Source of the DNA: Burkholderiales bacterium
GTDB lineage: Bacteria > Pseudomonadota > Gammaproteobacteria > Burkholderiales > SG8-39
Reading direction: 5' to 3'
Assembly (NCBI GenBank): GCA_026416295.1
Contig: JAOAFL010000080.1
Span: 341-64,340, forward strand
Length of the DNA stretch: 64,000 nucleotides
Shown: positions 45,589 to 58,192 of the stretch, piece after piece
Layout of the letters: each line of letters opens with the position of its first letter
How positions within the stretch are numbered: position 1 is the first letter of the stretch
Position numbers and translations under genes: made by a program
The notes under the pieces: model-generated
Seen by the model: the letters and a program-made list of their open reading frames with translations, nothing else
Told to the model about the DNA's origin: nothing
Databases searched by the model: none

Positions 45589-45598
45589 CGCCCGGCCT

Positions 45599-46789
45599 TC
45601 AGGGCAGCTCGGCGCCCAGCCGATGGTGCCGCTCGGCCTCCTCGGTGCGCCCTTCGCGGTCGGCGAGGCGCGCAAGCGCCAAGTGCGCCGCGCGCGAGCT
45701 TTCGAACGCGAGGCTCGCCTCGAGGTAGTCGCGCGCCTTGCCCCAGAGCCCCGCCTGCTGGCACAGGCGCCCGAGCGCAAGCAGGAGCTTCGGCTCGCGC
45801 GGCCGCGCCGCGAGCCAGCGCTCGGCGCGTTCGATCCGCAGGCGCGCCTCGCGCTCCAGTTCCTCGCGCGTCGCCGCCGGCAGCTCCGCGTACTGCTCAA
45901 GGAGCGCCTCGCTCCAGTCGGCCGCAAGGCTCGCCTCGATCGCCTCGCGCGCGAGCGCCGCATCGCCCGCGGCGGTCGCAAGCCGCGCGAGCGCCGCGGC
46001 GAGCCGCGGGTGGACCCGTTCCTCGGACGGAATGCGTTTCCAGCGCGCGGCGAGCGCCGCGCGATCGCCGCCGGCGCGTTCAAGGAGCGCGATGTGCGCC
46101 TGCACGCGGTGTTCCTCGGCGATCGCCGGCGCGATCGCGGCGCGCTTGCCGAGCAGCGCCGCAAGCCGCAGCACTTCCTCCCAGTTCTGCAACCCCCGCT
46201 CGGCGCGCAGCAGCATCCTCGCGGCCGCGATCGAGCGCGGTCCCGCGCCCGTGAGGCTTTTCAGCGCGTCGCGCGCGGCGGCGAAATCGCGCTCGTCGAG
46301 CGCGAACTCCGCCCGCGACAGCAGCGTCGCGGTGGCGAGCGTCTGGCCGGCGCCCGCGGCGCGCGCAAGCCATGCCTCGCGCCGCGCGCGGTCGCGAAGC
46401 TCGTGCGCCGCGCGCGCGGCGACGAGCGCCGCGACGCCCGGCGCGACGCCCGCGTCCCACGCGGCGGCCGCCTCGCGCTCGGCGCGCGCATAGCGGCCCT
46501 CGAAGTAGGCCTGCAGCGCCGCCGCGAGCGCCTGCTGCGCGCGCTCCTTGCGGCGCCGCTCGCGCCAGGCGCGCACCTCGACCGGCAGCGCGAGCATGTG
46601 CCGCACGAGCCGCACCGCGGCGTAAAAGAGCGCGAACGCACAGACGAGCGCCAGCGCGACGAGCGCGAGCGACGCCTCGACGCGCCAGGGCGGCAGCACC
46701 AGCACGACGACCGCGTCGCGCGCGCGGCCGTACACCGCGAGCGCCACCGCCGCCGCGAACGCCGCGATCAGCCACAGCAGTCCGCGCAT
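45599..46789 (-). CDS. hemY: HemY-like TPR membrane protein
   Basis: 396-aa ORF. Two N-terminal TM helices (HemY_N type) followed by TPR-like repeats. Located in the hemC-hemD-hemX-hemY order. Confidence 0.8.
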   Translation of the reverse strand: MRGLLWLIAAFAAAVALAVYGRARDAVVVLVLPPWRVEASLALVALALVCAFALFYAAVRLVRHMLALPVEVRAWRERRRKERAQQALAAALQAYFEGRYARAEREAAAAWDAGVAPGVAALVAARAAHELRDRARREAWLARAAGAGQTLATATLLSRAEFALDERDFAAARDALKSLTGAGPRSIAAARMLLRAERGLQNWEEVLRLAALLGKRAAIAPAIAEEHRVQAHIALLERAGGDRAALAARWKRIPSEERVHPRLAAALARLATAAGDAALAREAIEASLAADWSEALLEQYAELPAATREELEREARLRIERAERWLAARPREPKLLLALGRLCQQAGLWGKARDYLEASLAFESSRAAHLALARLADREGRTEEAERHHRLGAELP

Positions 46790-46798
46790 CGCGCGCCG

Positions 46799-47824
46799 TC
46801 AGCCGCGCTCGCGCCGCGTCTTGAGGGCGCGCAGCGCATCGAGGCTCTCGCCGAGCGAGGGCGGCTCGAACGCGACGCTCGCCGCGGCGAGCGACTTCAG
46901 CTGCGCGAGCGCCGCCTGCGCGGATTTCGCGCGCACGTCGAAATAGCGTTCGATCCAGGTCTGCGCCGCGCGCAGGTCCTCGCGGTAACCGGCCTCGTTG
47001 CGCGACAGCAGCGCGACGCGCGCGCTGAGCAGCCGCAGTTTCAGGTTTTCGCGCAGGAAGTACGCCTCGCGCGGCGGCACAAGCGGAGGCTCTTCGCCCT
47101 CGATGCGCCGCACCACCACCAGGCTCTTCAGCTCGCGCCAGACCTCGGCCCCGAACCGCGCGAGCGCCCCCTCGCCGGCGGGCGGCTCGGCGCCGCGCGG
47201 CTCGCGCGCGGCGCGCTCCTCGTACGCAAGCGGCAGGCCGTCGACCGCCGCGACGAGGCCGTCCAGACGGAGGCTGAGGCCGGCGACGTCGAGGGCGGGC
47301 AGCGCGCGCAGCCGCTCGATGTCGCGCGCGAGCGCCCGGCGCAGCGCGAGGAACTGCGGTCGGTCGGCGCGCGCAAGGCGCGCCTCGGCGAGCTGCAACG
47401 CGAGGAGCGCCGCACGCACGTTGCCCGCGAGCTGCAGCTGCTGCTGCGCGATCGCGAGCACCTGTTCGATCTCGGCGAGCTGCCACTCGTCGCGGTTGCG
47501 CGCAAGCTCCTGATAGAGCGCTTCGAGCGCCGCCTGCTGGCTCTGCGAATCGGCGACGCGCGCTTCGAGCGCACCGAGCTGCGCCTGCAGCGCGCGGAGC
47601 GCGTCTTCGGCGCGCCGCGCCTGCGCCCGCGCCTCGCGCGCCTCCGTCTCCAGCTCGCGCAGGCGCCGCGCCGTCTCCTCCTGCATCGACTGCAGCCGCC
47701 CGCGGGTGTCGAGCCAGAGCGCCGCCGCGAGCGCCGCGAACGCGGCGAGCGCCGCCGCGGCGAGCCAGCGCCGGCGCGCGGCCTCGGGTGCGCCGCGCTC
47801 GGGGTCGGGGGACGTGTCGTTCAT
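46799..47824 (-). CDS. hemX: HemX-like membrane-anchored coiled-coil protein
   Basis: ORF 46799..48121 trimmed to 'MNDTSPDPE'. One TM helix followed by a long coiled coil. ATGA overlap with the hemD stop. The family is often mislabelled as a uroporphyrinogen methyltransferase. Confidence 0.75.
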   Translation of the reverse strand: MNDTSPDPERGAPEAARRRWLAAAALAAFAALAAALWLDTRGRLQSMQEETARRLRELETEAREARAQARRAEDALRALQAQLGALEARVADSQSQQAALEALYQELARNRDEWQLAEIEQVLAIAQQQLQLAGNVRAALLALQLAEARLARADRPQFLALRRALARDIERLRALPALDVAGLSLRLDGLVAAVDGLPLAYEERAAREPRGAEPPAGEGALARFGAEVWRELKSLVVVRRIEGEEPPLVPPREAYFLRENLKLRLLSARVALLSRNEAGYREDLRAAQTWIERYFDVRAKSAQAALAQLKSLAAASVAFEPPSLGESLDALRALKTRRERG

Positions 47825-48603
47825 CGCGCTTCGGGCGGCCGTTGCGCGAAGTATGCCATCAGCGTCGCGCACACCTCCTCGTCGCCGGGGCCGGCGACGA
47901 TCGTCCGCGCGAAGCCGCGCGCCGCCGCCGCGCGGGCAACGCGCGAGTGCGGCACGAACAGGGGCGTTGCGCGCGCGGCGCGCAACCCGGCTTCGCCGAG
48001 GAACGCGCAGAGGTTTTCCAGCGCCTCGGCGGAATTCGCCGTCACCGCGTCCACCTCGCCGCGCGTGAAGCGGACAAGAAGCGCCGCGCTGTCGAGCTGC
48101 GGCCGGGCGCGCCGGTAGCACTCGGCGTATTCGACCCGCGCGCCGCGCGCTTCGAGCTGTTCGCGCAGCGTCTCGCGGCCGCCCTCGCCGCGAAAGACGA
48201 CGATGCGCGCGCCGCGCACGTCGGCGAGCTCCGGTCGCGCAAGCAGCGCCTCGCTGTCGGCGAGCCCGGGCGCCGGAACGATCGCACCGCCGACCCCCCG
48301 CTCGGCGAGCGCGCGCGCGGTGCCCGCGCCCACCGCGGCGACGCGCAGCCGCGCGGGCCAGGGGCGCGCGAGCGCCGCGAGCCCCCGCTCGACCGCGTTG
48401 CGGCTGACGAAGATCGCAAGATCGAAACCTTCGAGGCGCGAAAGCACCGCGCCGAGCGCCGCCGGATCCGAGGGCGGCAGAATCTCGATCGTCGGAAAGA
48501 CGATCGCTTCGCCGCCCGCCGCGCGGATGCGCCGCGCGAGCCCTTCGGCCTGCGCGGCGGGCCGCGTGACGAGGACGCGCCGCCCGGCGAGCGGCCCGCT
48601 CAT
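47821..48603 (-). CDS. hemD: uroporphyrinogen-III synthase
   Basis: ORF 47821..49038 trimmed to '[19 protein letters not shown]'. ATGA overlap with hemC. Order hemC-hemD. Confidence 0.85.
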   Translation of the reverse strand: MSGPLAGRRVLVTRPAAQAEGLARRIRAAGGEAIVFPTIEILPPSDPAALGAVLSRLEGFDLAIFVSRNAVERGLAALARPWPARLRVAAVGAGTARALAERGVGGAIVPAPGLADSEALLARPELADVRGARIVVFRGEGGRETLREQLEARGARVEYAECYRRARPQLDSAALLVRFTRGEVDAVTANSAEALENLCAFLGEAGLRAARATPLFVPHSRVARAAAARGFARTIVAGPGDEEVCATLMAYFAQRPPEAR

Positions 48604-49532
48604 CGGCGAAGCATCGCGAGGATGCCGTCTGCGCCGCCCCGCCGAAGCAGACGCGCGGCCTCGGCCCCGAGCGCTTCCGGCTCGGCCGCCGCCCCTTCGC
48701 ACTCGGCGCGGGCGATGCGCGCGCCGTCGGGCGAGGCGACGAGCGCCCGGAGCGCGAGCCGCTCGCCGCGCGCCTCGGCCCAGGCCGCGAGCGGCAGCGC
48801 GCAGTTTCCGCCGAGCGCGCGGCTCACCTCGCGTTCGGCGCGCACGCAGGCCGCTGCGACCGGATCCTCGATCGCGGCGGCGAGGCGCCGCACGTCCTCG
48901 CGGGCGGCGAGACATTCGATGCCGAGCGCCGCCTGGCCGGGCGCAGGCAGGCTCTCCTGCGGCGAGAGATGGCTTCGGATGCGATCGGCAAGGCCCAGGC
49001 GCTTCAGGCCCGCGGCGGCGAGCACCGCCGCGTCGCACTCGCCGCGCTCGAGTTTCGCAAGGCGCGTCTCGACGTTGCCGCGCAGCGGCACGACCGCGAG
49101 CCGCGGGTGCGCCGCGCGGATCTGCGCTGCGCGCCGAAGGCTCGAGGTCCCGACGCGCGCCCCCGGCGGCATCTCGGCGAGCGCGCGGTAGCGCGCCGAA
49201 CAGAACGCGTCGCGCGGGTCGTCGCGCTCGGCGATCGCCGCGAGCACGAACCCCCCCGGCAGCTCGGCCGGCACGTCCTTCATCGAGTGCACCGCGAGAT
49301 CGGCGCGTCCGTCGGCGAGCGCGGCCTCGAGCTCTTTCACGAACAGCCCCTTGCCGCCCGCGCTCGCGAGCGAGGCGGCGAGCAGCTCGTCGCCGCGCGT
49401 GGAAAGCGGCAGCAGCGCCACCGCGAGCCCCGGGTGCGCGGCCTCGAGCCGCGCGCGCACGCGCTCGGCCTGCCAGAGCGCGAGCGGGCTCCTGCGCGTC
49501 GCGACGACGAGGCGGCGTGCGCCCTCAGCCAC
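48600..49532 (-). CDS. hemC: hydroxymethylbilane synthase (porphobilinogen deaminase)
   Basis: 310-aa ORF with GTG start. '[15 protein letters not shown]', '[11 protein letters not shown]', '[11 protein letters not shown]', 'RGNVETRL'. Confidence 0.95.
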   Translation of the reverse strand: MAEGARRLVVATRRSPLALWQAERVRARLEAAHPGLAVALLPLSTRGDELLAASLASAGGKGLFVKELEAALADGRADLAVHSMKDVPAELPGGFVLAAIAERDDPRDAFCSARYRALAEMPPGARVGTSSLRRAAQIRAAHPRLAVVPLRGNVETRLAKLERGECDAAVLAAAGLKRLGLADRIRSHLSPQESLPAPGQAALGIECLAAREDVRRLAAAIEDPVAAACVRAEREVSRALGGNCALPLAAWAEARGERLALRALVASPDGARIARAECEGAAAEPEALGAEAARLLRRGGADGILAMLRR

Positions 49533-50295
49533 GGCGCGCCTCGCCGAGCGCCTCGCGCACCGCGGCCCACTGGCGCCGGCTGACCGGCAGCCGCTCGGGC
49601 ACGCCCTCGAGCACCACCTCCCAGTGCGCTTCGGCGCTTTGCTCGCCGCCGGCGCGCTCGAAGCCGCGGATCGCGGCGCGCGCGACCAGGCAATTGCGAT
49701 GGATGCGCACGAACCGGTCGGCGAACTCGCGTTCGAGCTGAACGAGCGACTCCTCGATCAGGTGCTCGCCCGCGCGGGGGCGCAGCGTCACGTACTTGTG
49801 CTCGGCCTTGAGGTAGATCACCTCGCGCACCGGAACGAGCAGGATGCGCTGGCGCGCGGCGACCGAGAAATACTCGCGCGCCGGGCCTGCGCGCGCGAGC
49901 CGCTGCGCCGCGATCGGGCCGGCGGCGGCCGCCTTCCTGAGCGCGGCCGCAAGGCGCGGCGCGCGCACCGGCTTCAGCAGGTAGTCGAGCGCCGCCACTT
50001 CGAACGCCTCGATCGCGTGCCGGTCGTGGGCGGTGACGAAGATCACCGCCGGCGCGGGCGCAAGGCGCGCCGCGTGGCGCGCGACCTCCAGCCCGCTCAT
50101 CCCCGGCATCTGGATGTCGAGCAGCAGCACGTCGGCGCGCGCCGCCGGCAGCCGCTCGAGCGTCTGCACGCCGTCGGCCGCCTCGCCGGCGATCGCGGTC
50201 GGCACCTCGGCCGCGATGTCCTCGAGCAGCGCCTTCAGCCGCTCGCGCGCCGGCTGCTCGTCGTCGGCGATGAAGACCCGCAGCGGCCCGCTCAC
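49525..50295 (-). CDS. algR: LytTR-family response regulator (AlgR-like)
   Basis: Tail of ORF 49525..51105 from GTG 50295 ('[13 protein letters not shown]'). Receiver domain '[12 protein letters not shown]' plus LytTR '[10 protein letters not shown]'. Position between the kinase gene and hemC mirrors Pseudomonas fimS-algR-hemC. The stop overlaps the hemC GTG start by 8 nt. Confidence 0.88.
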   Translation of the reverse strand: MSGPLRVFIADDEQPARERLKALLEDIAAEVPTAIAGEAADGVQTLERLPAARADVLLLDIQMPGMSGLEVARHAARLAPAPAVIFVTAHDRHAIEAFEVAALDYLLKPVRAPRLAAALRKAAAAGPIAAQRLARAGPAREYFSVAARQRILLVPVREVIYLKAEHKYVTLRPRAGEHLIEESLVQLEREFADRFVRIHRNCLVARAAIRGFERAGGEQSAEAHWEVVLEGVPERLPVSRRQWAAVREALGEARRG

Positions 50296-51338
50296 GACGC
50301 CTCGACGCGGTAGGGAAGGTCGATCTCGACGCGGTAGCGTCCGTTCGCGGTTGCGGTCGCAAGGCTCGCCTCGGCGTCGTAGAAGAGCGCGAGGCGCTCG
50401 CGGATGTTGTCGAGCGCCATGCGGCTGCCGTGGCGCGGCGGCGCGTCGCCCCCGGCCGGCGCCGCACCGAGCGTGTTTTCGACGAGCACGTGCACGCGGT
50501 CGCCGCGCCGCTCGATGCGCACGAGCACCTCGCCCGCGCCCGCGGCGGGCTCGACCCCATGGTAGACCGCGTTCTCGACGAGCGGCTGCAGCACGAGCGG
50601 CGGCAGGAGCGCGTCGACCGGCGCGGCGTCGAGCTCCCAGACGAGCCGCAGCCGCTCGCCCAGGCGCAGCTGCTCGATCGCGGCGTAGCGCTCGGCGAGC
50701 GCGATCTCGTCGGCAAGGCGCACGAACGCGCGTGCGTCGGCGAGCAGCGCGCGAAAGAGCTCGGCCAGATCCTCGATCACCTGCTCGGCGCGCCGCGGGT
50801 CGCGCCGCAGCAGTCCGAGCGCCGCGTTCAGGCTGTTGAACAGAAAGTGCGGCCGGATCCTCGCCTGCAGCGCCGCGAGCCGCGCCTCGGCGAGCGCGGG
50901 CGAGAACGCCCGCTCGCGCAGCCGCAGCCACGCAAGCAGCAGCGCGCCCGCGCCGAGCGCGAACGCGAGGGCGCGCGCAAGCTCGGTTTCGGCGACCGCG
51001 CCGAGCGCCGCATGCGCGAGCGCGACCGCGAGCGCGACGAGCGCGAGCGCCGCCGCCGACGCCGCCGGGAACGGCAGCCGCTGCAGCCGCGGCGCGGCGA
51101 TCCACAGCGCAACGAGGCTCGCAAGCAGCGCAGGCTCGACGAGCGCCGCCCAGCGCACGAACGCCCCGGCGGCCGCAGCGAGCTCGGCGTGCGCGGCGAG
51201 CGCGGCGGCAAAAGCGAGCACGTTGACGGCGACGAGGATGCGCGCGATCACACCGAGGTTGCGGAAATCGGGCAGACCGTCCGCGCGCGGGTTTTGGCTT
51301 ATACTGGCCATCGAGTGCGTGCGGTCCCTGCGCCGCAT
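50292..51338 (-). CDS. algZ: LytS/AlgZ(FimS)-type sensor histidine kinase
   Basis: 348-aa ORF (start may be 'MASISQ' at 51311). Four hydrophobic helices. His_kinase box 'RIRPHFLFNSLNA'. ATPase part 'LVLQPLVENAVYHG'. GTGA overlap with the regulator gene. Confidence 0.85.
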   Translation of the reverse strand: MRRRDRTHSMASISQNPRADGLPDFRNLGVIARILVAVNVLAFAAALAAHAELAAAAGAFVRWAALVEPALLASLVALWIAAPRLQRLPFPAASAAALALVALAVALAHAALGAVAETELARALAFALGAGALLLAWLRLRERAFSPALAEARLAALQARIRPHFLFNSLNAALGLLRRDPRRAEQVIEDLAELFRALLADARAFVRLADEIALAERYAAIEQLRLGERLRLVWELDAAPVDALLPPLVLQPLVENAVYHGVEPAAGAGEVLVRIERRGDRVHVLVENTLGAAPAGGDAPPRHGSRMALDNIRERLALFYDAEASLATATANGRYRVEIDLPYRVEAS

Positions 51339-51349
51339 TCTAATTCCTT

Positions 51350-52782
51350 ATGGCTTCCCGAAAATCCGGCCGGCGCCCCGCGCGCCGGATGCGTACGCCG
51401 CGCGCGCGGCGCTGGTCGGGCCGCTTCAGCGAACCGGTCGACGCGTTCGTCGAGCGCTTCACCGCCTCGGTCGGGTTCGACCGGCGGCTTGCGCGCGAGG
51501 ACATCGCCGCCTCGATCGCGCACGCGCGCATGCTCGCGGCCTGCGGCATCCTCGCGCGGCGCGACGCCGGCGCGATCGTGCGGGGGCTTGCGCGCATCCG
51601 CGCCGAGATCGACGCCGGGCGCTTTCGCTGGTCGCGCGCCCTGGAGGACGTGCATTCGAACATCGAGCGGCGGCTGATCGCGCTCGTCGGCGAAGCCGGC
51701 AAGCGGCTGCACACCGCGCGCTCGCGCAACGATCAGGTCGCGACCGACCTGCGCCTGTGGCTGCGCGGCGAGATCGACGAGATCGACCGGCGGCTCGCGC
51801 GGCTGCAGCGGGCGCTCCTCGATCAGGCCGAGCGCCACGCCGCGCTCGTCATGCCCGGCTTCACGCACCTGCAGGTCGCGCAACCGGTGACCTTCGGCCA
51901 TCACCTGCTCGCCTGGTTCGAGATGCTCGCGCGCGACCGCGCGCGGCTCGCCGACTGCCGCCGGCGCGTGAACGTGCTGCCGCTCGGGGCGGCGGCGCTC
52001 GCCGGCACGTCGTTTCCGATCGACCGGCGCCGCGTCGCGCGCGCGCTCGGCTTCGAGGCGGTGGCGGCCAATTCTCTCGATGCGGTGTCCGACCGCGATT
52101 TTGCGATCGAGTTCGCCGCCTGCGCCGCGATCGCGATGATGCATCTGTCGCGCATCGCCGAGGAGCTCGTCCTGTGGATGAACCCGCGCTTCGGCTTCGT
52201 GCGCCTGCCCGACCGCTTCTGCACCGGCAGCTCGATCATGCCGCAGAAGAAGAACCCGGACGTGCCGGAACTGGTGCGCGGCAAGAGCGCGCGCGTCTTC
52301 GGGCACGTCGTCGCGCTCCTCGCCCTCATGAAGGCGCAGCCGCTCGCCTACAACAAGGACAATCAGGAGGACAAGGAGCCGGTGTTCGACACCGTCGATA
52401 CCCTCAAGGACTGCCTCGAGGCGATGGCGGGCATCGTCGAGGGAATGGCGCCGGTGCCGGAGGCGATGCGCGCCGCGGCGCTCGAGGGCCACGCCACCGC
52501 GACCGATCTCGCCGACTATCTGGTGCGAAAGGGCGTCGCCTTCCGCGACGCGCACGAGGCGGTCGCGCGCGCGGTGCGCGAGGCCGAACGCCGCGGCTGC
52601 GCGCTCGCGGCGCTGCCGCTCGCGGTGCTGCGGCGGTTCCACCGCGCGATCGGCGCCGACGTCGCGCGCGTGCTCACCCCCGAGGGTTCGGTCGCGGCGC
52701 GCGACCACGAAGGCGGCACCGCGCCCGCGCAGGTGCGCCGCGCGGTCGCGCGCGCGCGCCGCGCGCTCGCCGCCCGCGCCCG

Positions 52783-52786
<4 letters not shown>
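51350..52786 (+). CDS. argH: argininosuccinate lyase
   Basis: 478-aa ORF (alternative ATG 51389). 'WSGRFSEP', '[11 protein letters not shown]', '[10 protein letters not shown]', signature '[12 protein letters not shown]'. Confidence 0.95.
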
Positions 52787-54078
<1,292 letters not shown>

Positions 54079-54099
54079 GCGCGGCGCAAACCGCCGCGC
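54079..54099. terminator. GC hairpin between convergent kinase and grxD genes
   Basis: GCGCGGCG-CAAAC-CGCCGCGC forms an 8-bp stem immediately after the kinase stop. No U-tract, so terminator function is uncertain. Confidence 0.3.
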
Positions 54100-54106
54100 G
54101 CGCGCG

Positions 54107-54439
54107 TCAGGGCGTGCCCGCGCGCGCGCCTTCGAGCAGCTTCTGCAGCTCGCCCGTCTGGAACATCTCGCGCATGATGTCGGCGCCGCCGATGAACTCG
54201 CCGTTCACGTAGAGCTGCGGAATCGTCGGCCAGTTCGCGTAGCGCTTGACGCCTTCGCGGATTTCCGGGTCCTCGAGCACGTTCACGGCGACGAAGTCGC
54301 GCACGCCGCAGGCATGGAGCGCCTGCACCGCGATCGCCGAAAACCCGCACTGCGGAAACTGCGGCGTGCCCTTCATGTAGAGCACGATGCGGTTCGAGGT
54401 GACCTGCTCGCGGATTCTGTCCTGAATGTCCATGCGCAC
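54107..54439 (-). CDS. grxD: Grx4-family monothiol glutaredoxin
   Basis: 110-aa ORF. 'LYMKGTPQFPQCGFS' (CGFS active site). 'WPTIPQLYVNGEFIGG'. Confidence 0.92.
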   Translation of the reverse strand: MRMDIQDRIREQVTSNRIVLYMKGTPQFPQCGFSAIAVQALHACGVRDFVAVNVLEDPEIREGVKRYANWPTIPQLYVNGEFIGGADIMREMFQTGELQKLLEGARAGTP

Positions 54440-54443
54440 GATT

Positions 54444-55244
54444 CTACCGCGTTCCGCCGCTCACCCGGCCGATGCCGGCGAGATCCGGCCAGGTCGCGAT
54501 CCGGCGCAGCCCCGCGCGCGCGAGCAGCGCGCGCACCTCGGCCGCCTGCCCCGCGCCGTGCTCGAGCAGACACCACCCGCCCGGGACGAGGAATGCCCCC
54601 ACGGCGCTCGCGATTTTGCGGATCGCCTCGAGCCCGTCTGCGCCCGCAACCAGCGCCTCGCGCGGCTCGTAGCGCAGCTCGACGAGGTGCGGGTCGCCTT
54701 CGGCCACATACGGGGGATTCGCGAGCACGAGGTCGAAGCGCTCGCCGGCGACCGGCTCGAACCACGACCCGCACCGGAAATCGACCGTGAGCCCGAGGCG
54801 CGCGGCGTTGCGGCGCGCGACCGCGAGCGCTCGCTCGCTCGCGTCGACCGCCACCACGCGCGCGCGCGGGCGATGCCGTTTCACCGCGAGCGCGACCGCG
54901 CCCGAGCCGGTGCCGAGATCGAGGACGGTGGAGGGCGAGTCGGGCGCAAGGCGCGCCAGCGCGAGCTCGACGAGCAGCTCGGTTTCGGGCCGCGGCACGA
55001 GCACCGCCGGATCGACTTCGAGCTCCAAGTCGTAGAACGCCTTGCGGCCGAGGAGGTAGGCGACCGGCTCGCCCTGCGCGCGGCGCGCCGACCACGCGAA
55101 GAACCGGCGGAGCGCCGCCGGCGCGAGCTCGCGCTCGGGCCGGGCGATGAGGCTCGCCGGGGCGAGCCCCGCGGCCGCGGCGAGGAGCAGCCGCGCCTCG
55201 CGCGGCGCAAGGCCCGAGCGCCGCAGCGCCTCGGCCACCGTCAT
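54444..55244 (-). CDS. prmC: release-factor glutamine N5-methyltransferase
   Basis: Tail of ORF 54444..55730 from 'MTVAEAL'. 'VLVPRPETE', '[11 protein letters not shown]', 'ANPPYV'. ATGA overlap with prfA. Confidence 0.9.
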   Translation of the reverse strand: MTVAEALRRSGLAPREARLLLAAAAGLAPASLIARPERELAPAALRRFFAWSARRAQGEPVAYLLGRKAFYDLELEVDPAVLVPRPETELLVELALARLAPDSPSTVLDLGTGSGAVALAVKRHRPRARVVAVDASERALAVARRNAARLGLTVDFRCGSWFEPVAGERFDLVLANPPYVAEGDPHLVELRYEPREALVAGADGLEAIRKIASAVGAFLVPGGWCLLEHGAGQAAEVRALLARAGLRRIATWPDLAGIGRVSGGTR

Positions 55245-56329
55245 GCCGCGGCTTCCGCGGAAAGCTGCGCGAGCTGCTCGGCCTGGTGCTCGGCTGCGAG
55301 CGCGTCGACGATCTCGTCCAGTTCGCCGTCCATGATGCGGTCGATCTTGTAGAGCGTCAGGCCGATGCGGTGGTCCGTGACGCGCCCCTGCGGGAAGTTG
55401 TAGGTGCGGATGCGCTCGGAGCGGTCCCCCGAGCCGATCAGGCTGCGGCGGGTGGACGCCGTCTTCGCCTGCTGCTCGCGCTCGCGCATCGCCTTCAGGC
55501 GCGCGGCGAGCACTGCGAGCGCCCGCTCGCGGTTCTTGTGCTGCGAGCGCGAGTCCTGGCACTCGACGACGATGCCGGTCGGAAGGTGCGTGACGCGGAT
55601 CGCCGATTCGGTCTTGTTGACGTGCTGGCCGCCCGCGCCGGAGGCGCGGAACGTGTCGATGCGCAGTTCGGCCGGGTTGAGGGCGACCTCTTCGATCGCG
55701 TCGGCCTCGGGCAGCACCGCGACCGTGCACGCCGAGGTGTGGATGCGCCCCTGCGCCTCGGTCGCCGGCACGCGCTGCACGCGGTGGCCGCCGGACTCGA
55801 ACTTGAGGCGCGCGTACGCGCCCGGCCCGACGATGCGCGCGATCACCTCCTTGTAGCCGCCGAGGTCCGACGGGCTTTCGGAGACCAGCTCCACCTGCCA
55901 GCCGCGCCGCTCGGCGTAGCGCGTGTACATGCGAAAGAGATCGGCGGCAAAGAGCGCCGACTCCTCGCCGCCGGTGCCCGCGCGGATCTCGAGAAAGACG
56001 TTGCGCTCGTCGTTCGGGTCGCGCGGCAGGAGCGCCGCGCGCAGCTCGCCTTCCAGCCGGCGCATCGCGTCCTCGGCCGACTTCAGCTCTTCCTCGGCGA
56101 ACGCCTTCATCGCCGGGTCGGCCGCCATTTCGCGCGCGGCCGTCGCGTCGCGCTCGGCCTGCCGGTAGCGCGCCCAGAGCTCGGCGAGGTGGGAAAGCTC
56201 CGCGTGCTCGCGCGCAAGGCGCCGGTACGCGTCCATGTCGCGCGTCGCGTCCTCGGCCGCAAGGCGCGCGCTCACCTGCTGCAGGCGCTCGCCGAGCGAC
56301 TCGAGCCGGGCGCGCAGCGTCGCCTTCAA
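55241..56329 (-). CDS. prfA: peptide chain release factor 1
   Basis: Tail of ORF 55241..57856. Start at TTG 56329 ('[12 protein letters not shown]') overlapping the hemA TGA. 'RAGTGGEE', PxT-type 'RVPATE', '[11 protein letters not shown]'. Confidence 0.95.
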   Translation of the reverse strand: MKATLRARLESLGERLQQVSARLAAEDATRDMDAYRRLAREHAELSHLAELWARYRQAERDATAAREMAADPAMKAFAEEELKSAEDAMRRLEGELRAALLPRDPNDERNVFLEIRAGTGGEESALFAADLFRMYTRYAERRGWQVELVSESPSDLGGYKEVIARIVGPGAYARLKFESGGHRVQRVPATEAQGRIHTSACTVAVLPEADAIEEVALNPAELRIDTFRASGAGGQHVNKTESAIRVTHLPTGIVVECQDSRSQHKNRERALAVLAARLKAMREREQQAKTASTRRSLIGSGDRSERIRTYNFPQGRVTDHRIGLTLYKIDRIMDGELDEIVDALAAEHQAEQLAQLSAEAAA

Positions 56330-57579
56330 GGGTGAAGGCGGAACAGCCGCGCCAGCGTCCCGGCGAGCGTGCGCCGCTCCTCCTCCGTCGCGTCGTGCAG
56401 CGCCTGCGTCGGCGCGTGCATCAGCTTGTTCGTGAGGCCGTGCGAGAGCGCCTCGAGCACCGCGCGCGGGTCGTCGCCGCGCGCGATCATGCGCAGCGCC
56501 CGTTCGACCTCCTGCCGGCGCGCGCGTTCGGCCTGTTCGCGCAGTCGCCGGATGAGCGGCACCGCCTCGCGCGCCTGCATCCAGTGCATGAACTGGCCGA
56601 CCTGCGTCTCGATGATCGCCTCGGCCTGCACCACCGCCGCGCGGCGCGCATCCAGGTTCGCCTCGACGATGCCGCGCAGGTCGTCGAGCGTATAGAGGAA
56701 CACGTCCTCGAGCTCGCCCACCTCCGGCTCGATGTCGCGCGGCACCGCGAGATCGACCATGAACATCGGCGCCCGCCGGCGCGCGCGCAGCGCCCGCTCG
56801 ACCATGCCCTTGCCGAGGATGGGCAGCGAACTCGCGGTGCACGAGACCACGATGTCGTGCTCGTGCAGGCGCTCGGCGAGCGCGCGCAGCTCGATCGCGC
56901 GCGCGTTGAACCGGCGCGCGAGCGCCTGGCCGCGCTCGAGCGTGCGGTTCGCGACCGTCAGGCGCGCCGGCGACTGCGCGGCGAAATGCGTCGCGCACAG
57001 CTCGATCATCTCGCCCGCGCCGATGAAAAGCACGCTGCGGTCGGCGAGCGTCGGAAAGATCTGCGCGGCGAGCTTGACCGCCGCCGCCGCCATCGACACG
57101 CTCGCCGCGCCGATCTGGGTGGTCGAGCGCACCTCTTTTGCCACCGCGAACGAGCGCTGAAAGAGCCGGCCGAGCACGGTGCCGAGCGTGCCGGCCGCTT
57201 CGGCCGTGCGCGCCGCCTCCTTCATCTGCCCGAGGATCTGCGGCTCGCCGAGCACCATCGAGTCGAGCCCGGAGGCGACGCGGAACGCATGGCGCACCGC
57301 CTGCTCGCGCGGAAGGAGGTACAGGTAGCGCTCGAGTTCGTCCGGATCGATCCGGTGCCAGTCGGCGAGCCAGCGCGTCGCCGCCGCCGGCGCGGCGGCC
57401 GCCTCCCCGGAAAGGTAAAGCTCGGTGCGGTTGCAGGTCGAAAGGATCGCCGTCTCGCCGCGCAGCCGCCGGCTCGCTTCGGCGAGCGCTTCGGCGAGCC
57501 GCTCGACGTGAAACACCACCCGCTCGCGGACATCGAGTGGTGCGGTGAGGTGGTTGAGCCCGAGGGCGAGGAGCGACAT
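56326..57579 (-). CDS. hemA: glutamyl-tRNA reductase
   Basis: ORF 56326..57678 trimmed to '[19 protein letters not shown]'. '[10 protein letters not shown]', NADPH fold 'FIGAGEM'. hemA-prfA-prmC order. Confidence 0.93.
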   Translation of the reverse strand: MSLLALGLNHLTAPLDVRERVVFHVERLAEALAEASRRLRGETAILSTCNRTELYLSGEAAAAPAAATRWLADWHRIDPDELERYLYLLPREQAVRHAFRVASGLDSMVLGEPQILGQMKEAARTAEAAGTLGTVLGRLFQRSFAVAKEVRSTTQIGAASVSMAAAAVKLAAQIFPTLADRSVLFIGAGEMIELCATHFAAQSPARLTVANRTLERGQALARRFNARAIELRALAERLHEHDIVVSCTASSLPILGKGMVERALRARRRAPMFMVDLAVPRDIEPEVGELEDVFLYTLDDLRGIVEANLDARRAAVVQAEAIIETQVGQFMHWMQAREAVPLIRRLREQAERARRQEVERALRMIARGDDPRAVLEALSHGLTNKLMHAPTQALHDATEEERRTLAGTLARLFRLHP

Positions 57580-58056
57580 GCGGCGCCGAGGCGGCTGCGG
57601 GACCGGCGACGATTTTAACTGCCGTGCGCGCGGCAGGCGACAGTCCGGCAAGCCGCAGTGTCTGCCGCCACCGCGCATGCCTGAGAAGGCGGAAATCAGG
57701 CGGCTTTCCGTCAGGCCGCGGAAAACGCTTCTTCGAGCCGCGAAGCGTTTCTGCGTCCGACCAGAGGCGCCTCACCTCGTCGTCGCGGCTCGCGATGCGT
57801 CGTGGAACGCCGAAACGAGCGGGCGGCGCACGCCGCGTGAAGGCCCCGCACCGCAACGCCCTGTCGGATTACCCGCCGCGCGCGATCGTCCGCGTCGGCC
57901 CTGCCCACGCCCGATCGATCAGCGTCGGTGCGCGTCCAGGGAAGTCGAGGGCATTCGCTCGGGCGCTCGCCTCACCGAGCGGTACGGCCCGCAACATCGG
58001 CCGCGCGGGCGGCGAAACTCGCCGGGCGTGGCCCGAGCGCAAGTCTTCGATCGTTC

Positions 58057-58131
<75 letters not shown>

Positions 58132-58192
58132 CGCGGCAGCGGCGCGCCGCAGCGACGGCGCGCTTGGAACGGCGCCGATTATATCAGCGGCC

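Noticed and set aside
46799-47824. hemX as a uroporphyrinogen-III C-methyltransferase
   Set aside because: The sequence is one TM helix plus a coiled coil with no SAM-binding motifs. The enzymatic name commonly attached to this family is not supported, so it is called HemX-like only.
55241-56329. Programmed frameshift of the kind seen in release-factor genes
   Set aside because: The gene is prfA (PxT-type 'PATE' motif, linked to hemA and prmC), not prfB. The frame is continuous from TTG 56329.
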